Shown here: piece after piece, positions 1-10,612 of the stretch
Layout: each line of letters starts with the position of its first letter
How positions within the stretch are numbered: position 1 is the stretch's first letter
Assembly (NCBI RefSeq): GCF_001194135.2
Contig: NC_068989.1
Location: 38,922,375-38,958,127, forward strand
Direction of reading: 5' to 3'
Source of the DNA: Octopus bimaculoides
Taxonomy: Eukaryota
Length of the DNA: 35,753 nt
Program-made: the position numbers and the translations under genes
The notes under the pieces: model-generated
What the model was told of the DNA's origin: nothing
Databases searched by the model: none
What the model saw: the letters and a program-made list of their open reading frames with translations, nothing else

Positions 1-40
<40 letters not shown>
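1..40. repeat. (TA)n microsatellite
   Basis: Pure TA run at the window start. Confidence 0.97.
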
Positions 41-42
<2 letters not shown>

Positions 43-429
43 AATATATTTTATGTTTTGATATAGAACTGATATAGAACCCAGTACATTAAGTAAAGTG
101 GATAAATATGTTATTATATGAAAAGTTACTCCGAGTATCACACTGGTGAAACTCAGATTAGACTGTCAACTATTGATATTATAAACTTACATATGTATGA
201 TATGTCATATATTGTTGTCATGTTGCTGTTCAAATATAAATTATAGGAATATTCAGCATAACATTTTATCCATTCCTTTGTTGCTTTGTTTGTAACTGGA
301 GTACATTTAATTCTGTTTTGTTTTATTATTCTTTAGGTTACCATTAAAATTTATATTTTGCTATGGTATTCTCTTGTAGTTGTTAGTTTGTATAAAAATT
401 GTTGTTGTTATTATTATTATTAAGAATAA

Positions 430-1375
430 TTTTCGTACACACTCCAGCTAGGCATTGTTCCTAATAAACATTTTCAGTCATTTGTATTTAGGAGATTGTA
501 TAATTTGTCAGCAAACTTGTTAATGGAGTCAAAGTAAACCAGCAGAAGGGAAGATAAGGAGGCTCCTGAAAGATTTTTGCAATGAATGGTCTTAATAATC
601 TTCTTTCTGTCCTGCAGTGATACAACTATTTTCTATTTTGACATAGTATGGTTGATGAGTTATTATTGGACCTACTTTATTTATCTGGAATGTCTCCAAT
701 ATCTAAAAGTATGGTATGCTATCAAATGGATTTTGGTTATCAATCTATGCAATGCTAAGAATGTTTTTTTTTTCCTTCCTATTTTTGCTATCTTGAATAA
801 TAGCTCAATTTACCTGTCGCTGCTATTTGCAGTCATATGTCCCTTTCTGGCACCATTACTGGTTAGGTATTATTGTTTTCCATGTTAGCAGCTACTTGCT
901 GTAGATGTAAGAATTTTGTATGTTGGCAACACAAAAGTTATTAGCCTTTAGTTTTGTGGGCCTCTGGCATTTTTGATTCAGAGAATCAATATCATTTTAT
1001 CCTCTATTAACCATTTAAATATTGATTCTAGTTTATTTACTATTTCATTGAATACTGGTACCATAGAGTCTTGAGTAATTGTTAGATGTTTCAATCCTAA
1101 ATTGAGGATTATGTTCATCCCAGTTATTTGTAGCTTTTAAAGTGCTACTGTGTTCCATGATAATTCTGATGTATCAAGGATATTGCATATTCCCACTGAT
1201 TCATAGTACTAAATGTTTATGCTCAATGTTTTCTCCTAATTTGTTCATTGACATTGTGGTTCTATTTGGGTCATAACTGGATAATTTCATAATTTTCATA
1301 AATTTTTGTTGGTACTAATACTTTAGTTGGAATACATTTCTTTCCTAATAGTCTGAATGCTACCAAGTGCTCACC
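430..1375 (-). mobile_element. Highly degraded R4/Dong-like (early-branching) LINE reverse transcriptase relic
   Basis: Minus-strand translation across stops and frameshifts gives PQN*RLITFVLPTYKILT (cf. PKNYRPITCLPTxYKILT), DNQNPFDSIP (cf. DYxKAFDSIP) and a decayed GIFQGDSLSPLLFCLALTPLSKLL block, in the correct order. Clade assigned from recalled motifs. Confidence 0.7.
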
Positions 1376-1389
1376 ATCTTCTTACAATC

Positions 1390-1908
1390 AGGCAATGTAA
1401 AGAATCTTCTCAACTTCCTCACAGGATATGTTAATAGCATTGGCTATTTGATTTATAGCCAATCACCTGTCATTCATCACTATATGATGAACATGATCAA
1501 TATTTTCCTTGGTGGTGCAGTGCAGCTACAGGATGTCCAGATGTTGGGTCATTTTCAGGGATCTCCCTTCCTCACTTAATTTCAGTTGCCCACCTTTTCA
1601 CTGCTGATAAAGCTTGAGTATCATCCTCTATTGTGGCAACTATGTGAGCATGAATGTCTTTGCGGGCTAAGCCCATGTTCTGCAGGTACTTTATACCACT
1701 ATAATACAAAACTTTGTCCATTTTCAGAAAAAAGTCACTACGAGTTACTTACTTTTGAAGTTTTCTTTAAATAGTAAGATGTTAGTTTACCTGGAAAGAA
1801 ACAATGCAGTTTTTAATAAAAAGTGTTGAAATTAATGTATACAAGATTTCACAGCTCTAGCATCACTCCTTCATTGTTAGCTTATGAAGTTTTCAGCCCA
1901 CCCCCGTA
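1390..1908 (-). mobile_element. mariner transposon 5' fragment (TIR, leader, N-terminal HTH of transposase)
   Basis: ATG at 1721 (-) gives MDKVLYYSGIKYLQNMGLARKDIHAHIVATIEDDTQALSAVKRWATEIK*GREIPENDPTSGHP, a typical mariner N-terminus. TIR-like end reads TA-CGGGGGTGGGCTGAAAACTTC from 1908 on the minus strand. Confidence 0.85.
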
Positions 1909-2064
1909 AAATCTGAGATCCAATAAAGTGAGGAGATAATTCATGTTTAGTTCCAAAAGTAATATAAAAATGGGTATAACTTATATTAATATGTGACATT
2001 TAATCATTCAAATTTTACATGTTGTTAGAATGACTATTCCTTTATATAAAGGAATTATTCAACA

Positions 2065-2400
2065 TCTTCTATAATGCATTGTGATCATTCTCCAGTTGTG
2101 CAGGAAGATCACAGATTGTGACTTATCTATCCTTGCAAATCACTTAGTCCACTTGATGAACTTACAAATTTGTGATCACAGTTGATCGTCTCCTATTGTA
2201 TAGTTTGTCTTCAATGCTGGACCCTACTTCTTTAAACTTATTCACCCATCTGTGCACATTACTCTTTTCAGTGATGTCATCTCCATAAATAACCAGCAGC
2301 CATCTGTAGATGCTGAACAATATGCTTCACTACTTCATCAAGAGCACGGTGATGGCACATTGCTTTTGCTTCAGACCTAGCATTTCTCTGCAATGAAGAA
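2065..2400 (-). mobile_element. Second mariner transposase N-terminal fragment (different family)
   Basis: Minus strand: KQCAI...LLVIYGDDITEKSNVHRWVNKFKEVGSSIEDK...DR*VTICDL, matching the mariner HTH-HTH region (YG..V.RW...FK.G..S.ED). Confidence 0.7.
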
Positions 2401-2607
2401 CAGGAAGAAGAGTTACTATGGAGAAAGAGTTATTCTACTTACATGTACAATTTAAATGATATTTGTCAGTTAAAAGTGTTTCCCACTTTTACATTATCCT
2501 GGGAGATGATCCTCATATATATGGCATGAAGAGTAACTGTGAACCCAACAACTGATTTTTATGAATAAAAATCTTTGGTTGTACAGAAGTGTAAGATTGT
2601 AAACATA

Positions 2608-2730
2608 TGATAATGATGATGAAAAAAGGTGATTGTGGTGATGATGATAAAAAATCATAATGGTGATGGTAATGATAATGGCGGTGGAGGTAATGATGAT
2701 GATGATGATGACGATAAAGTCATGATGATG
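2608..2730. repeat. Degenerate (GAT/GGT)n trinucleotide repeat
   Basis: Imperfect ATG/GAT/GTG run; explains the His/Ile-rich ORF 2494..2784. Confidence 0.85.
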
Positions 2731-3039
2731 TTTACGATTCATTAAAAAAAATTTCAGATGAATGTTTATGACATTTTCTGTCATCTTTATTCTTATTTCT
2801 GTTTCATTTTGTTTATCTATTTATTTATGATACTTTTTGATATTATCAGGTTTATTGCAAGTTCGGTGGAATAAAACAGAACATTCTTTAGAAATGAATG
2901 AATGCTGTGATTAATTAAATCTGTGCATCTCAATGAAATAAACTAGCTTGCAATTGCATAGGTGCATTCTGTTTTGTTTCTTAGTAAAATCTTCTGAGCA
3001 CCAACACACATGCACACATATATGTAAGTATACATGAAT

Positions 3040-3054
3040 GTTTATACGTGTGTG

Positions 3055-3091
<37 letters not shown>

Positions 3092-3100
3092 ATATATGTA
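3040..3100. repeat. Compound (TG)n(TA)n(TG)n microsatellite
   Basis: Direct reading. Confidence 0.9.
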
Positions 3101-3995
3101 AGCCTATGTGTGTATAAAGATATATGGTCGTGAATGTATGTATTTGTATATACATATAATTTTAATCTGAATTTTTGTGGATGTGTTCCTGAAGGTGTTA
3201 TTTATGGAATCCTGAAGACACATAGCAGCTTCATAATTCATAGTTTAGCCTTGAATTTATCGATTTCCACTGTGATGAAACCGTTGCACTAACTGACAGA
3301 GTGCAGGTTAGCATATATCTGCTTGAAGCATTTGTTCAACTGACCAAATAAACAACCTTTTCAGATTATTGTTGTCAAGATATTGGTAGTGCGGTCACCC
3401 TCACAACTCTCACTACCACTCTCATCACCAACACCATTGTCACAACTATAACTCTTGATAGCTTTTATCCTCGTTTTCTTCAGAAAATGTTGTAATGTGT
3501 GAATAGTGTATTGTTGTTTTTTAACCCAGCAAAACCTTGGTATAGCAGATTTATGATCAAATACATACAAGCCATGATCATCTTGTCTTCTTTTTCCTAA
3601 TCACAGTGTACTCTACATTGCAATATTTAATATGTCCTATTTTTTAATATGATAGGATGTGATTTAAGAAATATTTAGTTATTATTTCTTGTAGGTTAAG
3701 TGATCATGTAGAAGTTCTATTGTTTAAAGGTGGTTGTGTAGGTAGTTATAAAGAGTTTGGAGTTGAGGTTTCTATGGAAACAAGGTATGCTTCTTGTGTC
3801 TCCAGATGGTCTTTCATAAAGCACTATTGGAAAAGCACAATCCTTTCCATGAGCCAATGAATGACCTATAGTGCAGTTGCTTAGTATGCTTGAAATGCCA
3901 GTTAAAACATTCTCAAATCACAACTAGCAGTCTCGGAAATGGAAGGTTATATTTATGTAGTCCAATATATATATATATATATACACACCCACATG

Positions 3996-4340
3996 TAGGC
4001 ACAGGCTTGACTATGTGCTAAGAAGGTCACATCCCAACCACATGGTTTTGGGTTGAATCCCATTGCATGGCACCATGGGCAAGTTCTTTATACTATAGCT
4101 TCGGGATGATTAAAGCCTTGTGAATAAATGTAGACAGAAACTGAAAGAAGCCTAACCACTGCTTGACAACCAGTGTTAGTGTGTTTACATCCCTATAACT
4201 TAGTAGTTTGGCAAAAGTGACTGATAGGATCAGTATCAAGCTTAAAAAAAGTACTGGGGTTAATACATTTGAATAAAAATTCTTCAAGGTGATGCCTAAG
4301 CATGGCCACAGTCTAATGACTGAAACAAGTAAAAGACAAA
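3996..4340 (+). mobile_element. tRNA-type SINE (family A: tRNA-like head, core block, CR1-like tail)
   Basis: Head with decayed A/B boxes (ttgactatgtgctaag ... gggttgaatccc), central agtactggggttaat block, and tail ggtgatgcctaagcatggccacagtctaatgactgaaacaagtaaaaga. Related copies at 13421-13510, 26885-27026 and 29214-29275. Confidence 0.8.
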
Positions 4341-4345
4341 ATATA

Positions 4346-4758
4346 TCTCTCCATATATATATATATATATATATATTTAATGTCCGTATATATTTAATAC
4401 TCAATATTTCATTTATTCAATAAGACATTCAATACTTCATTTCATTTTACTATTTATATTATATATTCCNNNNNNNNNNNNNNNNNNNNNNNNNNNNNNN
4501 NNNNNNNNAAAAATTAAAAAGGGGTTTGTATGATAGTGTATAGAGGAATATATTATCTAAAAGAGTTCCAATTCTGTCTCTGTTTTTTATGTTTTATTCA
4601 TATTCTTATAATATTAATGTGTGATATAGAATATGGAATATATAATATAAATAGTAAAATGAAATGAAGTATTGAATGTCTTATTGAATAAATGAAATAT
4701 TGAGTATTAAATATATACGGACATTAAATATATATATATATATATATATATGGAGAGA
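4346..4758. repeat. Perfect 124-bp inverted repeat (arms 4346-4469 and 4635-4758), left arm abutting an N gap
   Basis: Right arm is the exact reverse complement of the left arm, including TA repeat number. Confidence 0.92.
4470..4508. other. Assembly gap (39 N)
   Basis: N run. Confidence 1.
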
Positions 4759-5119
4759 GAGAGAGAGTGTAAGGAGCTTGTCTAAGAAAAAACAGACCAG
4801 CTAGATACTATTAGAATGTTCTTAATCACGGGTCTTCTTGGTCATAGATGACCTAAGTTAAAATTACATCATCGTCACTAAATTTCACACTCAGGCCAGG
4901 CAACAGTATCACTGCCAACACCACCACCACCATACTTCTCATTAAGTGCAAACAGCAAAAGTAGAAATTGAGAAAGTGGAAGGAATAAAAGATAGAAATA
5001 ATACTATTGCTGATGTTAAATAGATAGAAAATTTTCGGAAAGATGTATGGGTGAACAGGTAGTAGACAACATAAATGACTGACTTCTTGTATTGCTTCCT
5101 GAAGGTCAATAGACCCCTA

Positions 5120-5220
5120 CCCCTCTCCTCTCTTCCAGAGTATGGGATTTGATGTTATTGATTAACTCCTACCCTAAGTTACAAGTTTTGTGCCTATATT
5201 AGAAACAATAATCATCATCA
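5120..5220 (+). mobile_element. SINE 3' fragment
   Basis: gagtatgggatttgatgttattgattaac...gttttgtgcctatattagaaac resembles the 3' half of the adjacent SINE at 5229-5432. Confidence 0.55.
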
Positions 5221-5228
5221 TTATGTTA

Positions 5229-5432
5229 ATGAGCTGGCAGAATTGTTAGCGTGTGAGAAAAATGCTTAGCAGTGTTTCTTCTGACTTAATGTTCTGAGTT
5301 CAAATTCTGCCAAAGTCAACTTTGCTTTTCTTCATTTTAAGTTCAATAAAATAAGTACTAGTCAAGTACTGGGATTGATGTAATTGATCTACCTCTCCCC
5401 TCAAAATTGCTGGTTTTATACCAAAATTAGAA
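5229..5432 (+). mobile_element. tRNA-type SINE (family B), old CpG-depleted copy
   Basis: gagctggcagaattgttagc...gagttcaaattctgcc (B box)...ataagtactagtcaagtactgggattgat; colinear with the young copy at 9111-9341 over head and core. Confidence 0.85.
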
Positions 5433-6479
5433 AGAGCAGTTATTAGTAATAATGATATCAATTAGTAATGCTTTGTTTTCCATTTGTTTCCATTCCTACT
5501 ATATTTCTTGTTGACCTTTGAAATATTTCATTGTATTTTAATTTCGTTTTTCTAAACTTGATTTTCATCTAATTTCTGTTATTTTACAATTTTCACTAAC
5601 ACTTCTATCTATTGAAGGAAAATTAAACAAAACTATACAGAGAAACATCCTACTTATTCTGAATTGTGGTATCATTTTTTCCTGTCTAGTCATTAATATC
5701 AGTAATTTAATCACTTTGGCTTTTCCAGATTCTATAAACTAACACAAAATGTATTCAAACACATAGGCTGTCAGAATCTATGATACAAGGTGCAATAAAT
5801 TTGCCTTCCAGTATCTTACATTTAAAATCATACTTAGTACTTTTCTATCTCTTTCATATTTTGTTTCTTACATTGATATGTTTTCCACCAATCTGATTCT
5901 CAATGTGTTTCTGTTGTCTTTTCCAAGGTACAAATGCTGTTATATTTACATATTTATAGATTGACAGTCTATAAACATATAAATATATAAACCATTGTAC
6001 CTCCTATTCTGTGTGTATTTGTTCAGAGAGTGCAAGTCGAATTAAGCCCTTAAGTACTATCTGGAGAAAAGGATAAACCTTATTCTCGCATGCTTTCTCT
6101 TAGCTGGCAGAAAGATTAAATGACAATCTTTTATTGTAACATCTATTTTGCACCCGTTTAGATATTCAATGTTTCAGGTGAACAGTTGAACAGATTTCCT
6201 GATTCAGGTATTTTAGCAGATGAGAATATTAAAAGAAACATTTGCTTTCTTTTATTTTTTTCCCTGTTTTTGTCTTTCAAGATAATCATTTTGTAATAAG
6301 TTTCTTTATTTCTCACTGTTTGCAGTGACTGTCCATTGTTAGTAATATCTACTCCTCTTGCATTGTTCTGAAATCCCTGTTAATATTTGTCACAGGTTTG
6401 TATCTAGGGTGAGAACAGTTGCTCACCACTGTGGTGAGCAACAGTACCTATACTTTCATAAGACAATGCTATGTATCTT

Positions 6480-7420
6480 GTGAGTGTGGTGAACTCTGTT
6501 ACAGAACATAAAAATATAAGAAGTTGAAAATGATCAAGAACAGGCCACGTTATTGACCACCCCAAATAAACAGGTCAACAATGAAATGTTCCAAAACCTT
6601 CTCTTCAGTAAAATACAGCAGAAGCAACTTTCCCTTGTAAGTACTGGGATCAGATATTGATTTGATCTCCGTCAGTGTATAAAGCTGTGAGAAATTCTTT
6701 ATAAGAAAACAGGAGAGCAACATTTTCATTTTAATTTCTATTCCAAGACAAATGGAATAGAAACCAAGAATGACAGATTAGTGATGCTGACATGAACAGA
6801 AGGATAAATGGATATCATAATAGGCGAGATTGGCCAAATTACTTCAGAAAGATGTCAGCATTTCTGATTCTACATGTAAATTACTAACTTTGGAAAACTC
6901 ATAAGCAGCTTAAGGCATTTTAAGTTTAGGCATTAGGAATGATCAATGAAATTGTTTAGTTGAATTTTAGGAATGAGATATACTTTGTATAGCTTAACCA
7001 ACATTATAGAAGACTTTACGCTTGGATTTCTTCTGATTGTAAGACTTATAATCAAGTAGGCTATTTTATAACCAAGCAACAAAAAATAAATGTTTAAAAT
7101 GGTAGAATATATCCAGTGATCATGAACTGCAACTGTGATCATCAACTTATTGTTGCAAAAGTTAATTTTCATCTTAATAGCAATAAAAAGAGGAAAACGC
7201 AAAGATACAATCTAGCAAACGTTCCAGATAAATATAATGCTGAAAAAAAAAAATCTTATTTGAAATGAAGAAAACCATCCATAAGAATTGTGGAATAAAC
7301 CTAAAAATGTGGTTTCAGGAGTAGCAGAAAAAAATATTTTTGATAAAGCAGAAAACCCATTGAAGTGGATAACAGACAAGGCATTTGATAAAATTGAAGA
7401 AAAAAGATCTGTAAAAGGCA
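6480..7420 (+). mobile_element. RTE/BovB-like LINE, 5' part (AP endonuclease and linker), degraded
   Basis: WISSDCKTYNQVGYF (cf. WxSPDGxTxNQIDY), a decayed CNSDHQLIVAKV motif, and WITDKAFDKIEEKRSVKG linker. The 5' boundary is uncertain. Confidence 0.7.
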
Positions 7421-7760
7421 TAGTATGACATAGTCTGGTGTTACAGAAGAATGCTATGAATTAGCTTTACAGCAATAGGATAAACCAGTTTGTGTTGGAT
7501 AAAATTAGAATTAAATAGAGCTTTGCAAAAGTAGACAATCAGTAACTCAGATACCTTGGGTATATCACAAAAATTGATGGTCTACAAAAATATTTGGTCA
7601 AATAGCTTTGGAAAATGGCTAAAAAGAAAACCTAGAAAAAAACTGGATCGATTGTGAGTTGGACATGACAATTTAATGTGTAACAATTGATAAGAGGAAC
7701 CTAAGACAATGATAACAAGAATAAGTGGATCAGAAATCTATACTTCAAGAGATGGTTGTT
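7420..7760 (+). mobile_element. 5'-truncated RTE 3'-end fragment nested in the RTE above
   Basis: Decayed C-terminal RTE motifs (LRYLGYI...DGL..., RKPRKKW) paralleling 9950-10070. Confidence 0.55.
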
Positions 7761-8149
7761 GCATATGATATACGTACATGCATCTGTCCATACATCTATC
7801 CATACATAAATGCATAAATGCAAACATACATACATATGTGCATCCATCCATACATACATACATGCATACAAATTTATAAACAGGGTATAAAATAAAAACC
7901 TGTGAAGAGATAAATGTTAAAATAAATAGATATTGTATATTCAGTTACAAACTTAAGTTTCATACTTTGCATAATGATTATCACTGAAATTAAGACCACA
8001 TTTAAAGTTTTTGTTTCTTTTATATCCATTGTGGTTATTGTGAAATTGAAATGAAGTGAAGAACACGGGAATACATTCACATAACGTAATATTCTTGTGT
8101 GTGGAAACTTCTGCAATAAGAGCTCAACTGATACTAAATTTAAGATATA

Positions 8150-10195
8150 GATTCATTTTTATATCAAATTCTGAATCATCATATTAAAAAAAAATGCAAG
8201 CAAAGAAACAATGATTAAATTTGTGATGAGGTTGAAAAAAATATGATAACAAACACTAGAGAGCAGTGATGTTAATATCAAGAAAATTTACACTGAAGAT
8301 GATAATATGCTTTATGAAGAGAAAGATATGCAAAGATAGAAAAATAATGCTACAGCCTTTACAAGAAGACAAGAAATGTTAATAAAATGGAAAGTAATAG
8401 AAATTATCCAAATCCAAACTGTTTTGTAGAAAGAAAATGTTCATCAATGATTCTCTGAAATGAAAAAAAGTTTATGAAATGTCTGAAAAACAATTTATAC
8501 AAAGAAACAGATAACATAGCATTAGAACTTTGGAGAATGATAAAGAAGCCTCAGTGATACTGTTACACAATGCACAAAAATATGAGATTCAAATTTATGT
8601 TGAAATGTTTGAACTAAGTCGATTTTCATCCTATTTCTAAAAGATGAAGATATAATTCCATGGAAAAAAGACAGTTATGTAGAAACAACAATTTCACTTA
8701 TCAATCATGTTTGTAAAATTATGTTAAAGACCATTGTTTGTAGATTAAAAGTAGATATCCAATGGAGCTAGCAGAAGAAAACGTTGGTTGTTGAACTTGA
8801 AAACAAATGAGGGATGCTGTATCTAACATAGACATAGTTATTAAAAAAACTAGAGAGTCTGATGAAGAAATATTTATAGCTTTTATTGACTACTGTAAAG
8901 CTTATGTAATACCTATTCATGATTATTTATGGGCATTAATGGTAGAAATGAGGTTTGCAGAAATTTTTTGAATCATTGTCAGAAAAGGGTAACTGTGAAA
9001 ATTACTGTAGGATTTGTTGAGTGGTTCAACATTGAATTAGAAGTGGGTTACAGTAAGGATATACCTTTCTCCTTCCCTGTTTAACAACTGTGCAGAAAGT
9101 GTAAGAAAAAGGCAGCGAGCTGGTAGAAACGTTAGCACACAGGGCGAAATGCTTAGCGGTATTTCGTCTGCCCTTATGTTCTGAGTTCAAATTCTGCCAA
9201 GGTCGACTTTGCTTTTCATCCTTTTGGGGTCGATTAAATAAGTACCAGCTACGCACTGGGGTCGATATAATCGGCTTAATTCATTTGTCTGTCTTTGTTT
9301 GTCCCCTCTAAGTTTAGCCCCTTGTGGACAATAAAGAAATAAGAAAGTGTAAGAAAAATACTCTAGAAGATATTGACGGTAGAACTTCAAATAAATGGGA
9401 GAATGGTCACCAATCTCATATATACCAGTAATAATAGCTTTATTGCTGCTAGCTTAGAAGAACTGAACATTTTAATGAAGTAAAGAGACAAAGTGAAGAA
9501 TGATTATCCATTCATTTTGACAAAACCAAATCAAAGATTATCATAGAAATGTATAATGGAGATAATCAATAACAACTGATAATCAAACTGTCAAAGGGGT
9601 GTATGAGTTTTGATATCTTGGAAATATTATTATAAACCACTGCGAGGGCTGCAAAGAGATATAAAGAACTGAAATAGCAAAATCTGCTGTTATCTCTTTA
9701 AATCACATTTGGAAAAATCTATCAACAAATGACAAGACCAAATTGAGATTATTGCATACTTCAGTACTTCCAAAAGCACATTTGAATCTCTATGCCAGGC
9801 AGAAGGAGATATTAAACAGAGGAGAAAAGCTATACCCTTGTTGTACACCTTCTTGTAACTCTTTCTCAAACCACTCTACTGACAAGAATGATTAAGAGTT
9901 TGGCATTACAGAAGAACCAGATAGCAGTTGTGTGGAACTTCTTAAAAGTATGGAGTTTATTAAAAGTTTAAAACAACTTAGCTATTTTGGTTATATCATT
10001 AGGGCTGTTTGTCTACAAAATTGTTGGCTGGTTGGAAAATGCCAAGAAGACCTAGAAAAATTTGGATTAATAGCTTCTTAAGGTAACATGATGGAAAATA
10101 TAAACAATTACTGAGAGCAGCAGAAAATAGTAAGGAATAGACCAAAAATATTTATCAGCTAAGCCACCAAACTCCATGAGTTGGCAGTTGATGAT
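8150..10195 (+). mobile_element. RTE/BovB-like LINE, RT domain and 3' end, degraded, interrupted by a SINE
   Basis: YQILNHHIKKKCK, TISLINHVCKIMLK, AFIDYCKAY, a decayed GVRQG/LSPSLFN block, INGRMVTNLIY (cf. INGxxINNLRYADD), LSYFGYII and a C-terminal PRKxW motif. Confidence 0.8.
9111..9341 (+). mobile_element. Young tRNA-type SINE (family B) with perfect 17-bp target-site duplication
   Basis: TSD agaaagtgtaagaaaaa at 9094-9110 and 9342-9358; B box gttcaaattc; 10 CpGs retained; A-rich taaagaaata tail. Confidence 0.93.
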
Positions 10196-10217
10196 AATAG
10201 TGAAGAAGTGTGCATGT

Positions 10218-10238
10218 ACAGACAGACAGACAGGCAGA

Positions 10239-10308
<70 letters not shown>
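10218..10308. repeat. (CAGA)n-(CA)n microsatellite
   Basis: Long near-perfect CA run. Confidence 0.97.
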
Positions 10309-10310
<2 letters not shown>

Positions 10311-10379
10311 CTGTCTTGAGTGCATATGTATATTTATGTATTTTTGCATGTCTTTATTTAAGTACACTGATTGTAAATT

Positions 10380-10612
10380 TAGGTATCCACCATATGATTG
10401 GTGCCATTTGTTTACAACCTTCTTCGAAAGCTTGTCCAATCATTGAGCTGTTTGATGTTTAAAAGATTAGGGGAAACTATATCTTTACTTTGAAAGAGGT
10501 GACAGCTGGGAAAAGCAATCGACTGCAGAAATATCTGCCTTGAAAACTGTCATCTGACTTTATGTAAGCATGGAAACATGGTGATTAAAACAATAATAAT
10601 GATGATGATAAA
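10380..10612 (+). mobile_element. SINE-like repeat (family C) ending in (AAT/GAT)n tail
   Basis: Tail ...tctgccttgaaaactgtcatctgactttatgtaagcatggaaacatggtgattaaaa followed by (aat/gat)n; related copies at 13160-13330 (-), 14151-14188 and 30370-30695. Confidence 0.65.

Noticed and set aside
400-430. (TAA)n next to the R4/Dong relic as a Dong target site
   Set aside because: The element is broken mid-RT here, so this is not its true 3' end; TAA runs are common in the window.
3996-4075. tRNA genes at SINE heads (also 5229-5310 and 9111-9200)
   Set aside because: Only A/B-box-like motifs are present; no cloverleaf, and they continue into SINE bodies.
6162-6207. Resemblance of IFNVSGEQLNRFPDS to the potassium-channel T1 motif (INVSG...LxRFPDTLLG)
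   Set aside because: About 7-9 conserved residues between the two halves are missing and LLG does not follow; treated as coincidence.
6396-6433. Possible exon FVSRVRTVAHHC with gtgagc donor
   Set aside because: Phase is incompatible with the candidate at 6162-6207, and the donor is part of the palindrome.
10067-10462. ORFs rich in HTHT, CVCV or YIYI here and at 11240-11595, 16011-16542, 25035-25402, 28499-28729, 29927-30303 and 31503-31926
   Set aside because: They are translations of CA/TG/TA microsatellites, which lack stops in some frames.
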